This document shows, piece after piece, positions 1 to 17,891 of a stretch of DNA of 64,000 nucleotides. Positions within the stretch are counted from its first letter, which is position 1; every line of letters starts with the position of its first letter. Made by a program: the position numbers and the translations under genes. The notes under the pieces were generated by a model. The model did no database searches, had not been told where the DNA came from, and worked only from the letters and a program-made list of their open reading frames with translations. The stretch is from Balanoglossus misakiensis (Eukaryota; Animalia; Hemichordata): positions 5,391,186 through 5,455,185 of the forward strand of contig CM082589.2 in assembly GCA_040954595.2 (NCBI GenBank), given 5' to 3'.

Positions 1-11
1 CTGTCTTGCAG

Positions 12-997
12 TTGGACACAAGAGAATGTTCCCTTCTATTACGCCAAAGCCTGTGATTTCAGTGAGCCGTATATTCAGTTGCTCTGGGAAAAACTGTATC
101 AGCTGGGCGTTTACATAACGGAGGTGACGGAACCGCAGAGGAAATGGCTGAACCAGAAAGTGCCACTTCTGTTAGAATGGGTAAGTCTTGGTTTTGGCCA
201 TTGAATGTAACTATATTCATGGGGGGTCTGACCACTGCATTGTTGAATGGAAGTGTTCTACCCGGAATTTTTTGATAGAATGGTGGCTATCTGGGGAGAA
301 CACTTATGGTGCTGCGAATGAAAGCAATAACCTTATACAACACGAATTAATGATCTACAGAGCTTTTGAGTGGTTTTGAATTTTTGACTTGGAAGATAGA
401 AATATTTGCTTTCTTCTTAAATTTTCATGTGATCTAAACAAAATTGATACACTCTCTCGTTTCAGATTCAAGATCGGTTACCCGCGGTGACAGATACAAT
501 AAAACACTACGTGATAGTTGTGTGGTCGGGGACATACCACTATAGTATGGTGATATGGGATACATTATCCCCTTATATTTTCGCAACCGGCACTTGGCTG
601 CAAGAAAACATCTTTACGTGAGTATCTAACACTTTGTTAAATATCCATTAATTTCCAAAACACAAAAACCCTCCAGTCTAGCATTTACATCCTTCGAAAA
701 TATCAATGTAGAATTCAAGATTATTTGAAAACCCAAAAACCCAAAACTGATTTTAATATTCCTGAAGAAGACATCACACAAGTAAATAAATTAAAGTGCT
801 CAGATAGTGAGAAAAAAAACCTATGTTGAGTTATCTGATTTTTATACATGTTTTTTTTTTTGTATCTTTTCAGGGGGAAACTGTCCCAGGAGTCTATCTC
901 ACACGGCCTGCACAGCACGTGGAATTTGGTGCAAAACTACACTGTGGCGTTTACCCATTGGTGTTCACAGGCCATGAACAGAGAATACGCCCAGTAG
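12..997 (+). CDS. TMEM214: Transmembrane protein 214, last three coding exons (gene starts before the window)
   Basis: Exons ~12-180, ~467-617, ~874-997 with GT-AG ends splice to WTQENVPFYYAKACDFSEPYIQLLWEK...IQDRLPAVT...GKLSQESISHGLHSTWNLVQNYTVAFTHWCSQAMNREYAQ*, which resembles the TMEM214 C-terminus as I recall it. AATAAA at ~1933. Confidence 0.7.
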
Positions 998-2237
998 ACT
1001 GTTTTACAGAATACAGTTCCTAAATATATTTATTGAACGTCAGTAATATAAAAAGAAAAAATAGTAAAATAAAAAAATAAATAAAAAGTTATTAAATTAT
1101 GAAATTGTTACACTGCATTTTATGTAGCGTCCGTGATCATGTGTACTTTTATGAACTTTATCTATTGTATGACCAGCTGTTGTGACGAGATTGGAGTAAG
1201 GTTTTCAGAAGAGTCTGATTCAGAGACAAACTTGAGTTTCAAAGACTTAGGAAACAGTTTGATTCTGGCTATAACAGACTTTAAAGAAGTACTGAGAAAA
1301 CAAGAAGTATCACAGATTGTATTTTTACTTACTGATAATTTCAAATGAGGAAATGAATCATGGCAAAGATCAGTCTGGTATGATCATGAATTGTAATCAC
1401 ACCGCGATGTTATTTGGTTGACAGCTTTTCAGATTTCATAATTGTGCGTCACAAATTTAGATTTCTCTGATGTACTCAAGTTGTGTACGTGTACCTTAGC
1501 CTTCTTTGCGAGTCCCCGCAACTCTTGTGTCACCACTCAATCATGATATAAATCCTTTTGTGTTCAGGGATATCTGCACAAGAAGGGGGAGAGGCCAGTG
1601 AGTTTTATCACCCGTACCCCGCAGTGCTTGCATTACAGCTGTGATCATGATCGTTTTTTTCCCATTTTTTCCGGAACATGCCACTTGGCAGCTCCCAGTT
1701 TATCGGCAATTTTCTGTGCAGTCATTGATGGAACCTGAAATAATGCATTAAGTTCTCATCCTGTCAATGTTGTACTTCCTGTATTTTTTTTTCGGTAAGT
1801 TTTTGTGCCGTGCAATACAATGTTTTCCTTCTGTTGCTTTGGGACTGATTTGTTGAATATATTTCAAATCGGCCGTCACTTTCTGGCAATCTGCCACTTT
1901 ACTTCATGGATGTTGTGGCTACTTTCTGTTCAATAAATATAACTTTTTTTCCATGAATACAAAATGCGTGTGGTTCCTTATTGTTTTATAGTCAGAACCA
2001 GGGGGCTTCTTTCTATGGTAAAGTTGGACCTCTTTCATGGTTATCCCTCAATATTCACCTTTTACTTATCTGCTTTGGTAAGTTGACAGTAATGTTGTTT
2101 AGAGGTAAGTAAAAAGTAAGTTCATGACAATGTGGTAGGCTGGTTTGACTTTAAATCTAAATCATGTTTAAAATGGTGTCTGAAAAGTCAACATATGACA
2201 TTTCTAAAATAAAAGATTCTGTTTTCTGTTTTCTTCT

Positions 2238-5200
2238 TCACCTGTGATCACTGAAGAACAGTTTTTCTGCATTTCCGTACAGTGTTGTTGCTAGTTCATT
2301 GATGTCTTCATTCCTGGCTGCTGCCATCACTTCCAAGACTTGACTGAAACGGAAAAAAGTGAAATGGATGAATTTAAAGTGTGCTTTTTAGGATGTGTAA
2401 ACACATAAGAAGTCCAAAACCCATGTGTTCTTTGCCGACATCAAAATGAACAACATTCTTTGCAGACATTGCAAGTTTAAAAATAGAGAGACAGAGATCG
2501 TCAACCTCAGAGAACACAACCTCGATGTACTCACATAATATTACACGGTTCATTGCGACTCTTCACACAGTGGTCCTTCTCCCAGCGTTCTTTCTTCTTG
2601 GCCGGAAATGTCGTCTTGATGTGTTTGGAGCCGGCATGGGATGGCCTGATCTCACACCATGGAGCATCTTTGGGTAAAAATTGGCACAGGCAGTGAAATG
2701 TTGGTTGGGGAATATTGTTAATATAGACTGATCAGATACTAGGGGCTCGCATTTGAAATTCTGTACTGGATTTGGTCGGATTTAATTTTGTTTATCTCAT
2801 AAACATTACCAACAGTCACACAGAGCATTCTGTTCTAATATACATGCACCTGGTACTGATTGTGGCACAGCGCAATATTTAGACTATGCCAAAAATATAG
2901 AATAGAAACATAATGTGCAAGACCTAGGTATAAAGTGCAATGCATTTGTCCTCCGACTTAGATGCAGTTAACTATGCAAACACTGACCTGTCTCAATCAT
3001 CAATCTTTCACTCGGTATTGAACACATCACTTCTAAATTTTCTGGAGTTTTCAAAGAACTGTGAAATTGAGAACAAAAAGCATAGTTACTTCCACATTCA
3101 GATTTGTGTAGATTATATACCGGTAGGTTGTATGTGTGCTTGTATGTGATTTTATGTGTGTGTACCATGTGAAAGAATACAGTAATAATTATATGTACAT
3201 TAATCATGATACTACAGTAGATAAGTCAAGCATAAAGGAATCTTTGAACTCACCATCCATTGATGCCAATGTAAAGTCCCATCTCAAGCAGAGCCTCTGC
3301 AGCTTCTTTGGAACCATCAAATGTGTGAACCTACGGAGACAGAAAACACCATCAGCCCTTGCTGTAGTATGACATCAACGAGCCCCATGATTATTTGAAT
3401 GAACACTTTTGTCGTATAGTTTCAACCCCTTATTTGCTCGATCAAGGGCCATGGGTCATGAAAATATCCAAAATTGTAGTAAACCAGACCCCTATGATAT
3501 TTTCAGCACATGCAAGTAGGTGACTGTGTTTGCCTGGGAGAATGAATTAACCTTACTCTGGTATACTGTGTAAATGACTCATAAAAAGTAACCATCTCAT
3601 AAAAGGACACAGTCTGTATCTGCCATCAGGGGCCCGATAAAGCCCTGACCATCCTCTGAATATTGAAATGAAACATTTGGACTTACCACTCCCCCGACGA
3701 ATCTGTCTTTGTTCCTTTTTAAAATATCTACAAAAACAAGATGTAAGGTCATGAAAGTGGCTTACTGCGACATTACTAATATGTGGTGAGTGACTAGTAG
3801 AACCGGAATCACAAGATACATACTATAGGCAAACTCTCAAACAGTGTGATCCAATTCGATACTTTTCAGGAAATGGAAGTAAATTTCAGTTGATGAATGT
3901 ACAGAGTTGTCAATGTACATACCTATCAAGTCAGTGTGCGAGTTCCTGCAGTGAAGAAACATGGGTAGCTTCGTCTGTTCTGCAAGAAGAAACTGTTTCT
4001 CAAAATACCTGAAAAGTAGGAAAGTAAATCCTTTAATTAAAACTGCCTGTATTGGTGTTGGGTTTCTGAGAAAACTGGTCAATGATTTTACGTCAGTAAC
4101 TTTTGATAATGGCATCAGCAAATGACTTATGCGACTTGGCTGAGCAATACATTGCAGTTCATATGAGCTATAACTTAGAGTATTTATACATGTATGTCAA
4201 ATACTTTTAGTACAAATGTACCTACTTCAGTTGTGTTTCCTTGGGACAAAACTGCACTCTGTCGTAATCTGTAAAATAGTAGAGACAGTTCCATGAAGCA
4301 TCATTTTTGTATAGAATTTTCATGATTTTTACCTGTCGATGTTTGCAAGTCCTAAGGTTTGTGACGTTATGATGTTCACTAAGTTACTGGTACTAACATT
4401 TTGCATATGACAGGATAGCTTTGATACTGGTGCAGACAGTGGGACAGTTATGTATACGGTATCTCTTATGTGTAATTCACACTTTTCATGGACCCATGTT
4501 CCAGTCTGATAAAACATTCTTTCACTATACATGTACTATATTTCCTCACCAAGACCGCATTCTCCAATGGCAATAACTTTCTCCTTGTTGTCCTTCACTA
4601 ATTCCAGAAGATCATTCAGATATTTGTCTGGGTCGTTGCTTTCTTCAAACTCTGTACACCTGGTGGGATGACACCCGACTGTACTGTACAAGTTTTCTGA
4701 AATGGAGTGGTAGTATATTTGCATGTAGACTGATTATGGTGTCGATTTCCTGAAATTTGGACATCAGAGTTTTTTTCGTTCGAGATTTTTTGCAGAAACA
4801 ACAACTGCATGCCATGGAGAAAATTCATGTGGTGGTTATGATAATAAGATATGAGATAACGTCATTTTACCATTCGTCTTGGCAACCTCCAATGCCTCCT
4901 TGCTGTCATTTAGGTTTCCGCCAGTAACAAAGATCTATTTATAGAAAATAGCTTTACATTGTAAATGTCTTTTTTTCATGTTGTAAGAGAATGTTGAATA
5001 AAAACAATCAATGAAAATGAACTACCCTTTACTCTTTTTTACGTGACTTTGTTCGCGTTTTGGGGGGCTCGCATGTACACGAACATTTCCTGTTTTACAG
5101 TATTATGGGTCTTATTTTCTATGATGCAACTGAGTATTTTTTTTTTACCTTTTGCACGCCAATATTAAACGCCCTTTGAAGAACATCTGTTAAGTCATCT

Positions 5201-5824
5201 ATAGAAACAGAAACAGCATACAAAGAAAATATCACAAGTTAATAAATAAAAAAAGCAGAGCGTGTAAACTATTTGACACAATGCCTTGAATCACACACTG
5301 TCACCTCATCCTGATTCACAGTACAATATACCTGCTTCTGGAGAGATAATTCAACAAATATCGTGCACTTGGGCAGACCAAAGCATGGTGATGGAAAAAC
5401 CATCAAAACTTCATGTTGTGGTATGCTTACTTGACTTAGGGTAAATTATGTGATTACCTTGATGTCTCTTTGTGCCATGATAAACCCCACGAAACATGGG
5501 ATCTGTAAATCATAAAAATGTTATGAAATGTCAAACCAATAACACAGGGGGGGGGGGGGCTTATTACTATGATTCTAACCATAGCCCCACGTTCGAGAAC
5601 TTGAAGATGATCAAAGGCTGAGCGAGAAATAGCGCCACAGGCGTGGACTTCGCGTAGAACTCACCTGTCAAGTTGGCACCAATATCTGTAAGACAAAAAT
5701 CAACGCATATTACTGTTCTTGGTCGACATACTCAAAACCATATGATGTAAGCGTAAAAACGCCGACAAAATTGAAACAAATACATACCAATAAATCGAAA
5801 CGCCGCCTTCATGGGCGCAGCCAT
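2238..5824 (-). CDS. TATDN1: TatD-family DNase (multi-exon)
   Basis: Spliced peptide [29 protein letters not shown]...[11 protein letters not shown]...IAIGECGL...[11 protein letters not shown]...VHTFDGS...[13 protein letters not shown]...[16 protein letters not shown]...SRNEPCNI shows the TatD metal-binding motifs; ATG at 5824, stop at 2238-2240. Confidence 0.93.
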
Positions 5825-6840
5825 CTTAGTATACTGCTGCACCATGGGAAAATCAAGATCAGTGAAAAAAATATTCAGTTTTTGAACGTAGGCAAAGATA
5901 GGCGTTTGTTTATGGTTAATTTTATATAGTCTGAATTTGTGCAGGACCTTACATTGTAGAATTCCTACCTCTGCAAGTGCGTTGTTTCTTGCTCTTCGGA
6001 ACAACATGCATGTGACCTAACGTGACCTTTGAACTGATATACGCCCTAGCAAATGCAGTCTTTAGTTCAAAAAGTTGGGTGACGTCACGAAAGTTTCCAA
6101 CGCTTGGTGGCGGCATTTACAATCCCGAACAGTCCTCAATCTCTTTGCCTGCCAGGTGCGAATCTGTCTGGCAATGTGCGCGTTTTCAATATATATTTAA
6201 ATAAATTGTAGACAGGCGTGTTGAATTAGGTCAAAACCCGGGTCAACGTAAATTGGAGCGTCTGCGTTGCACACATGTTCCAAGAGTGTTGAGACTAATT
6301 GACCAATCACAAGTGCTGTGGTCTACCTGTTTCGGTTGTGCGGATACCAACTGACCAATGAGAATTGTCGGGACAAAATTAATAATTAATTAGCCAAACA
6401 GGGACGTGAGTGACCTCGAATGCATATATGCTATCCGAACTGTTTATCCGCACTACAATCTATATTTTATTTGAGTACAATCTATATTTTATTTGAGATG
6501 CAGAAATTCGTCCACACATAACAGGAAATATTTTTTTAGCATCTCGAATAAATTTTGGCTGATCCCACAGTCCTTTGCGCACGCTTAATTAAATAAAAAT
6601 GGCGGCGGCTTTGAATGTCGTCTTTCCTCGCATAAAGTTAAAAAAAGGATGTTTGTACAAGTTGTTGTATGTTTTGTGGCTGTTTGTCGTCCCGTATGAA
6701 TGAGGTGTGGTCGGAAACGGTGAACGGTGCACCAGTTTTGGTCCAAAGATGGAAATTTCTAGCCCTGCGCAATAATTCGTTTTAGATAATCGCCAGCTGC
6801 AGCTTTACCTATGGTATTGACACTGTTCACCGTTACGTAT

Positions 6841-7430
6841 TGCCTAACCCATTACATAGAGTGATATTAATATTAACGGTCAATATGATTTAGCCTAACT
6901 GTTTTCCATTGGGTATGGATGGCGTGTGTTCACGGTGGCTAGACATATGTTGCCTAACCCATTACATAGAGTGATATTAATATTAACGGTCAATATGATT
7001 TAGCCTAACTGTTTTCCATTGGGTATGGATGGTTGTTCACGGTGGCTAGACATATGTTGCCTAACCCATTACATAGTGTGATATTAATATTAACGGTCAA
7101 TATGATTTAGCCTAACTGTTTACCATTGGGCATGGATGGTTGTTCACGGTGGCTAGACATATGTTGCCTAACCCATTACATAGAGTGATATTAATATTAA
7201 CGGTCAATATGATTTAGCCTAACTGTTTACCATTGGGTATGGATGGCTGTTCACGGTGGCTAGACATATGTTGCCTAACCCATTACATAGAGTGATATTA
7301 ATATTAACGGTCAATATGATTTAGCCTAACTGTTTACCATTGGGCATAATTGGCTGTTTACGGTGGCTAGAAATATGTTGCCTAACTTATTACATAGAGT
7401 GATATTAATATTAACGATCAATATAATTAA
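6841..7430 (+). repeat. 107-bp tandem repeat, ~5.5 copies, inside the foldback element
   Basis: Unit TGCCTAACCCATTACATAGAGTGATATTAATATTAACGGTCAATATG... starts at 6841, 6951, 7058, 7165, 7272, 7379. Confidence 0.95.
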
Positions 7431-7621
7431 GAGATTAATTACGATAATTGCTAATTAAAAATGAGAAATTATCATCGCATCGACTAAAAATAATACTTTT
7501 TAAGCTAGAACCTTCAGTATTTTTCACTTTTATGACTGTAAAACGTAAGAACCACGATTTTTAGTAAGAACCACGGCCACGTGTATAAAATCCTATTTAA
7601 GAACCTTTTACAGTCAATTAT

Positions 7622-7862
7622 GCCCAATGGTAAACAGTTAGGCTAAATCATATTGACCGTTGATATTAATATCACTCTATGTAATGGGTTAGGCAACATA
7701 TGTCTAGCCACCGTGAACAGCCATCCATACCCAATGGAAAACAGTTAGGCTAAATCATATTGACCGTTAATATTAATATCACTCTATGTAATGGGTTAGG
7801 CAACATATGTCTAGCACCGTGAACAGCCATCCTACCCAGTATGGCAATGGTAAACAGTTAGC
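7622..7862 (-). repeat. Inverted copies (~2) of the same 107-bp unit
   Basis: CAGTTAGGCTAAATCATATTGACCGTT...ATCACTCTATGTAATGGGTTAGGCAACATATG is the reverse complement of the 6841-7430 unit. Confidence 0.93.
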
Positions 7863-9580
7863 TAAAACGAATTATTGCGCACGACTAGAATTTGCCATCT
7901 TTGGACCAAAACTGGTGCACCGTTCACCGTTTCCGACCACACCTCATTCATACGGGACGACAAAGCGCCACAAAAAATCTAACAACTTGTACAAACACCC
8001 TTTTTTAAGCTTTATGCGAGGAAATCGACATTCAAAGCCGCCGCCATTTTTATTTCATGAAGCGTGCGCAAAGGACTGTGGGATCAGCCGAAATTAATAT
8101 CCGAGATGCTAAAAAAATGATTCCAGTCTACATAAAATCCTTTCTAACTCATTAAATTAATAAAAAAAACATAATCTAGCGTACATTTTAAGGCAGATTC
8201 GCACCTGCTGACTTATTTTGAAGGCATAGGGCTGGAATTGTAGATGTCGCCACCAAGCGTTGGAAATTTCGTGACGTCACCCAACTTCGTGAACTAAAAT
8301 GGCTGCTGCACGCGAGACGAGAAAGGTCACTCGAAGCAGTTTTCTCAAAAAATAATTGTTATGTGTGGACGAACTTCTGCATCTCAAATAAAATATAGAT
8401 TGTAGTGCGGACAAACAGTTCGGATAGCATACACGGCATGCAATCGAGGTCACTCACGTCCCTGTGCGGCTAATTAATTATTAATTTTGTCCCGATAATT
8501 CTCATTGGTCAGTTGGTATCCGCACAACCGAAACAGGTAGACCACAGCACTTGTGATTGGTCAATTAGTCTCTACACTCTTGGAACATGTGTGCAACGCA
8601 GACGCTCCAATTTACGTTGACCCGGGTTTTGACCTAATTCAACACGCCTGTCTACAATTTATTTAAATATATATTGAAAACGCGCACATTGCCAGACAGA
8701 TTCGCACCTGGCAGGCAAAGAGATTGATATCATTGACTGTTCGGCATTGTAAATGTCGCCACCAAGCGTTGGAAACTTTCGTGACGTCACCCAACTTTTT
8801 GAACTAAAGACTGCAGGGCTAGGGGGTATGTCAGGTCAAAGGTCACGTTGGGTCACATACATGTTGTTTTGAGATCCCGGCGCTGAACTACGCTGCGACG
8901 AGCAAGAAACAACGCACTTACAGAGGTAGGAATTCTACAATGTAAGGTCCTGCACGAATTTCTCCTTCTGACAACACGTTCAGTGTAGTTTGGTTCTCAC
9001 GTTTTGGAAGTTTCGCGCTTGCTTGCCTGTTTTATTTTCGAAATGGGATGTCGATTGCCGCTTCAATCATCGCGTGACGAATGGTACATGACACTGACAG
9101 TATCAATATTTGTTTGTACATTAGCTAGGCTTAGACCTTTATATCACAATCTGGTAGCGTTGACTTTCCTTAGAGTATCCCCTGATGATGTCACTGTCCC
9201 ATCCATCCGATCTACACTATACATGCTATGGGTGCTAAAACACGCTTGTAGTCATAGCAACAGTAAACGCCTTTACCGGTCATGAGATCACCATGTTTTG
9301 GTGTTTCAATCAGTTGCTGTGTTGTAAACGGCTGTACTGGTGACTGTGGTTAATATGGTAATAGATAAAAGCAAAACATACAAGCCAAAAACTAATAAAA
9401 TTAAAGATGCAAGTATAACATTTGGGGGACTGTTATAAATTGTTAAAGCCTGCAGCTACTGTGATGCTTGTCAGGTAAACACCTATCATTCAGTTTGCTT
9501 TACTAGTTGTTACCAGCTCACCACAAACCCTTCTTAAAACGTGTGTAATATATGTTCATTTTCCAGTACTACATGTAGAC

Positions 9581-12500
9581 ATGGCTTCATGCAGGTCTGG
9601 TGGTGGACCCCAGACAGGACAACCAGACATTGAAGCTGTCAGTGGTCAGGAGACTGAGGAAGAGGAGGAGGAGGAAGTGGTCTCGGAATACACGGATCCG
9701 ACATTCTCGTCAGATCTTCTGTCGACTCTGAATGACATGAGGCTCACTGGTCACATGACGGACACTGTCTTGCTGGTGGAGGGGCAGGAGTTTCCCTGCC
9801 ACAGGGTCGTCCTGGCAGCCAGCAGTCAGTACTTCCGCGCCATGTTCTCGTCGGACTTACGAGAAAGTCACGAGCCGCAGGTCACTTTGCATAACGTCCA
9901 AGCGGATTGCATGAAACAGCTTCTCGATTTCTCGTACACTGGGAAGATTGTGTTTACATCGAAGAATGCGCAGGACTTGCTGACGACGGCGGATTTCTTA
10001 CAGTACAAGAGAGTCGTTCACGCCTGCGGCGATTTTCTGAAATCGCAGCTGGACGTTTCCAACTGCCTGGGTATCCATCAGCTTGCCGAGAGACACACCT
10101 GCATCGGTCTCGGCGAAGCGGTCAACCTCTTCATCCTGCAGCACTTCACGCGCGTGATCATTCAGCAAGAGGAATTCTTCGAACTCTCGGCCGACGATCT
10201 GATCGGCTACACGTCCAAGGACGAGCTGAACGTCAGCGAGGAGGAGGAAGTGTACAAGGCCGTGCTGCAGTGGGTGATGCACGACGTGAAGGCCAGGCTC
10301 GCCGATCTCATCCGGGTGGTCAAGACGGTCCGACTCCCGCTTCTCGGGGAGAGGTTCTTCACAGAGACCGTGCAGTCTGACCTGCACGGTCTCTTGCAGA
10401 AATCCGACGACTGTAAGGAGTTGTTGAAGGAAGCAATGGAGTACAGGAAAGGGATAAAGGCCAGAAGTGGAACATGGTGTCGACCCAGGCCGTCCACTGG
10501 ATTGGTCGAAGTGATGGTTATAGTGGGCGGATCCAACCAGTCCAATAGGGGGAACAGACAAAGGCATGTACCTATTCACTTTGTGTTTGTAGCATGTAGT
10601 TTTGTTAAGGGTGGCACCCAGGTAATTGTTACCCAGGTTACCCTTAATATAACCATGCTGTCAAAGTGAAAGGTTGCAGAAGTGTTACCATGGTTTCCAA
10701 ATCATTATCAATGTTCTCTTACCTAACATTGTTATATAGTGCTGTAGAGTATTCAGTGAGTTTTTACCTTCATACTATCTATGGTAACTGATATGTAGTT
10801 TCAAAGGTGTGAATACAAAATTATACCAAAATTTAGACAATATAAGATAAGACTTGCCTCTTTCTGTGTTACCATAAAATATTGTCACCAGGCAGAGCTG
10901 TAATGTACATACTATTCATCATCAAGTTCATTCTGTCTTGCTGAAAAGAACAATACAAAGATTTATATTAGACGTTGATTTGAGGTGAGAGATAGGGAGG
11001 GCTGATACCTACAGCAAACAAAATATATGTGATAGTTGATAGGCACTGAGAAACAGGAATATTTAGAAATGAAAGCGATAGACCTTTATACAGACAATGG
11101 AAGTAGGTGTATAAATAACAACATTTTGAATGTCTATTACAGTTTGGAGCTGCTGTGCTTTGAACCCAATGAAGTTTTCTGGACCAGCCTGTGCGATCTG
11201 CCCTACTCCCTGTGCAATGTGGCCATGTACAGCACAGTGGCCTACAGAAATGACATCTACGTAACCGGGGGTTACGACGGCCAGAGGACCGGGCCCATCA
11301 ACCAGGTGTGGATCTACAAGACGTCGGAAGACACCTGGATGGGATGCAAGTCTCTGAAGAAAGCAAGGTAGGCAAGGATTTCGAAGCCAGGATGCCTCAC
11401 ATTGTATGTGTATGTGACACTCCATTCAGAGCAGATCAGTAAATGTGTTTATTTTTTTTCTCTCTCTCTCTGCAGGTATCAACATGCATCAGCCATGCTG
11501 AATGGCCAGATTTTTATCATCGGCGGTTATAACGGCAAACATTCATTGAAAGACGTTGAAGTTTACAGTGTGGAGGATAACAGATGGACTCTCATCCAGC
11601 CAATGAAGGATGCTGTTTCATGTCCATCAGCGACAGCTTCCAATGGAAGGCTGTTTGTGATTGGAGGAGTGGATGACTGCTCCTCGGTGAGCTATCCATC
11701 AACGCAGTGCTATGATGTGGCAACGCGTGATTGGACAGTTATACGAACAATGAAGGTGGAGAAGAAAGGTAATGTTCAAGAGAAGTTCATTCTTTCTGTT
11801 CTGTCATCAAGTAACATGAACCCAAAATTTCAATGGACAGTGGAAGAAACATAACCATGTGCATCAACCCTTTCACTCCAGTTCCCTTTATAGAGGCCAG
11901 ACCTTACTAGGAGTGTGGGGGCTGAACCATAATGGTGAATCATATAATGTTTCACTGTGTTGCCATGTTACATCCTGTTCTTGAGTAAGGCCTGATGTTT
12001 GGAAGGCAGCAATGAAGGGTCATTTTCACCACAGGCTGTGGCAACTCACAGTTAGGGCACTTTCCTCACGTGTTTTCTATTGGAACCTTTACAGGATATC
12101 AGAGTGTTCTCCTCAACGATCTCATTTACGTCGTCGGCGGTTCATCCCGGCAGACGTTTGTCTATGACCCGGAGGAGGACAAGACGTTTGAAGTGGCTGT
12201 AACCGAAGAAATGCACCTTTGCGCCGGTGCCACTGTTCTCAACGGTAAGTCATGAATTGATCTCACCATTCCACCCCCATTTCCCTGTGTAGAGGTCCAA
12301 CTTTACCTCAGAAAAGAATAGGTTTGGATCAAACCATGGTGGTGAAAAGGTTAAGCATATAAGTGGAAGTAAATGTGGAAAAATTAGTAGAATGAAATAT
12401 TGAATAAATAGTAAGAAAACTTCTTTTTTTCTTTTGCGTTCATTCAGGTAAGATCTACCTGACTGGAGGAGACTCGGTTGCACACAAAACTTCCAAAACC

Positions 12501-12707
12501 GTGGAGTGTTATTCACCGGACGATGACAAATGGACCGTTCTGAAAGAGTGCCCCGTTCCAAATCCCGTCTACTGGCACGGATGCGTCACCATCTTAAAGA
12601 ACATTGCGGACCTCAAGAAGAGGTGTCGGAGGACTCCCTTGCCAACGCATCCCATAATGCTCTTCCGGGGCGTGGGTGAGGCTGACCCGACCTATGACCC
12701 GAGATAA
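9581..12707 (+). CDS. Kelch-like protein (BTB-BACK-Kelch; KLHL24/35/38-like Cullin3 adaptor)
   Basis: BTB (DTVLLVEGQEFPCHRVVLAASSQYFRAMF), BACK (LNVSEEEEVYKAVLQWV) and Kelch GG repeats (IYVTGGYD, IFIIGGYN, LFVIGGVD, IYVVGGS, IYLTGG) over exons ~9581-10563, 11143-11367, 11476-11768, 12095-12245, 12448-12707. Confidence 0.9.
12262..12354. mobile_element. Diverged intronic copy of the ~90-bp MITE
   Basis: AGAGGTCCAACTTTACC...TTTGGATCAAACCATGGTGGTGAAAAGGTTAA is the reverse complement of 19746-19838. Confidence 0.65.
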
Positions 12708-13530
12708 GTGTCATAGCTCAGGTGGTCATGTTGGTGTCCCAACCTTTGACTCGATGTGTGTTCGGGATAAAGTCTGATCTTATGAGTGTCAGGCAGATGT
12801 GTACGTTTTGTAAATATCCAATTGACTATATTAAATGGGATACCACAAATAGCAAGTGTCTGTCACTTGCAGTTTTGCTGGTACCCATGAAAAAACAAAG
12901 ACACCTACCCCTACCCATTACACTAGCTGTGTGTTCACATGTGTCTATGTTTTAAAGTCTAGTCATATTGTGATCAATGATATGGTTAATTCCATTTACA
13001 GGGAAAGGGGTATGGTAGGGTATGTCCGTAGCGGACACAAATAAGCCAGTCAGTTTGATGGTTCAGTTATCTTTGCAAGGATTGTACATATAAAGTATTT
13101 ATTTGTTTTGCTTTTGATTTGTTTTTTTCTGAGTTTTATATCCCCGTTAACGTTATGAACCTTTTGTTTTAATTTGTGGTTTTATGAATTATTTTATGAT
13201 ATTCTGGAATGTGTATTGGATTTAATGTTACATTCCGTGTACAGGATGTGAATAAACAAATTTACTATTAAAGAATTTTTGCCGTGTGTTCTTGGTGTTT
13301 TTCCACACTCATACACTAGCCTAGCTGTTGAAACACAGCTATTGGGGGGGGGGGGGTGGGGCGTTTGTAAACCAGTTTGACATAATATATCTACTGTTGC
13401 CGCCTATGTTTCAGAGACAAAGTTTTTTTGTACAAGACACATTGATAGAGTGTATACTTACGTATGTTTACTCCCGGGTAAATGTTTTAAATTAAACAAA
13501 AGCGGAAAGTGATTGTCCATTGAGGGCGCA

Positions 13531-13553
13531 CAACTTCCGGTAAAATGGCTGCC
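13531..13553 (+). promoter_or_regulatory. Adjacent ETS-like and YY1-like motifs upstream of ELP3
   Basis: ACTTCCGG followed by AAAATGGCTGCC about 120-140 bp upstream of the ELP3 ATG; motif match only. Confidence 0.45.
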
Positions 13554-13669
13554 TCCATGCGAATGTGATTGCAGAAGATCTATTTCATCTTTCTCGCGTA
13601 TCATATGGTCATCAGAGACAATAAGCAGTGTTAAAGACATCAGCAACTTTCCTTGACATTTATTCAGAC

Positions 13670-17891
<4,222 letters not shown>

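Larger units (their letters stand above)
5934..8960. mobile_element. Non-autonomous foldback-type element (~3 kb) with long inverted arms
   Basis: 5934-~6830 is the reverse complement of ~7850-8960 (ends AATTTGTGCAGGACCTTACATTGTAGAATTCC / GGAATTCTACAATGTAAGGTCCTGCACGAATT) with scattered substitutions and indels. No transposase ORF and no clear target-site duplication. Confidence 0.75.

Noticed and set aside
6841-7430. Regular repeats resembling a CRISPR array
   Set aside because: Units are contiguous 107-bp copies with no unique spacers, there are no cas genes, and the context is eukaryotic.
7807-8097. 96-aa ORF in the foldback element as a transposase remnant
   Set aside because: No DDE or DNA-binding similarity is visible; it lies in repeat-derived arm sequence.
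9907-10579. Long overlapping and antisense ORFs in the Kelch exon (also in the receptor tail exons)
   Set aside because: Explained by codon bias of the real coding frame; no domain signatures.
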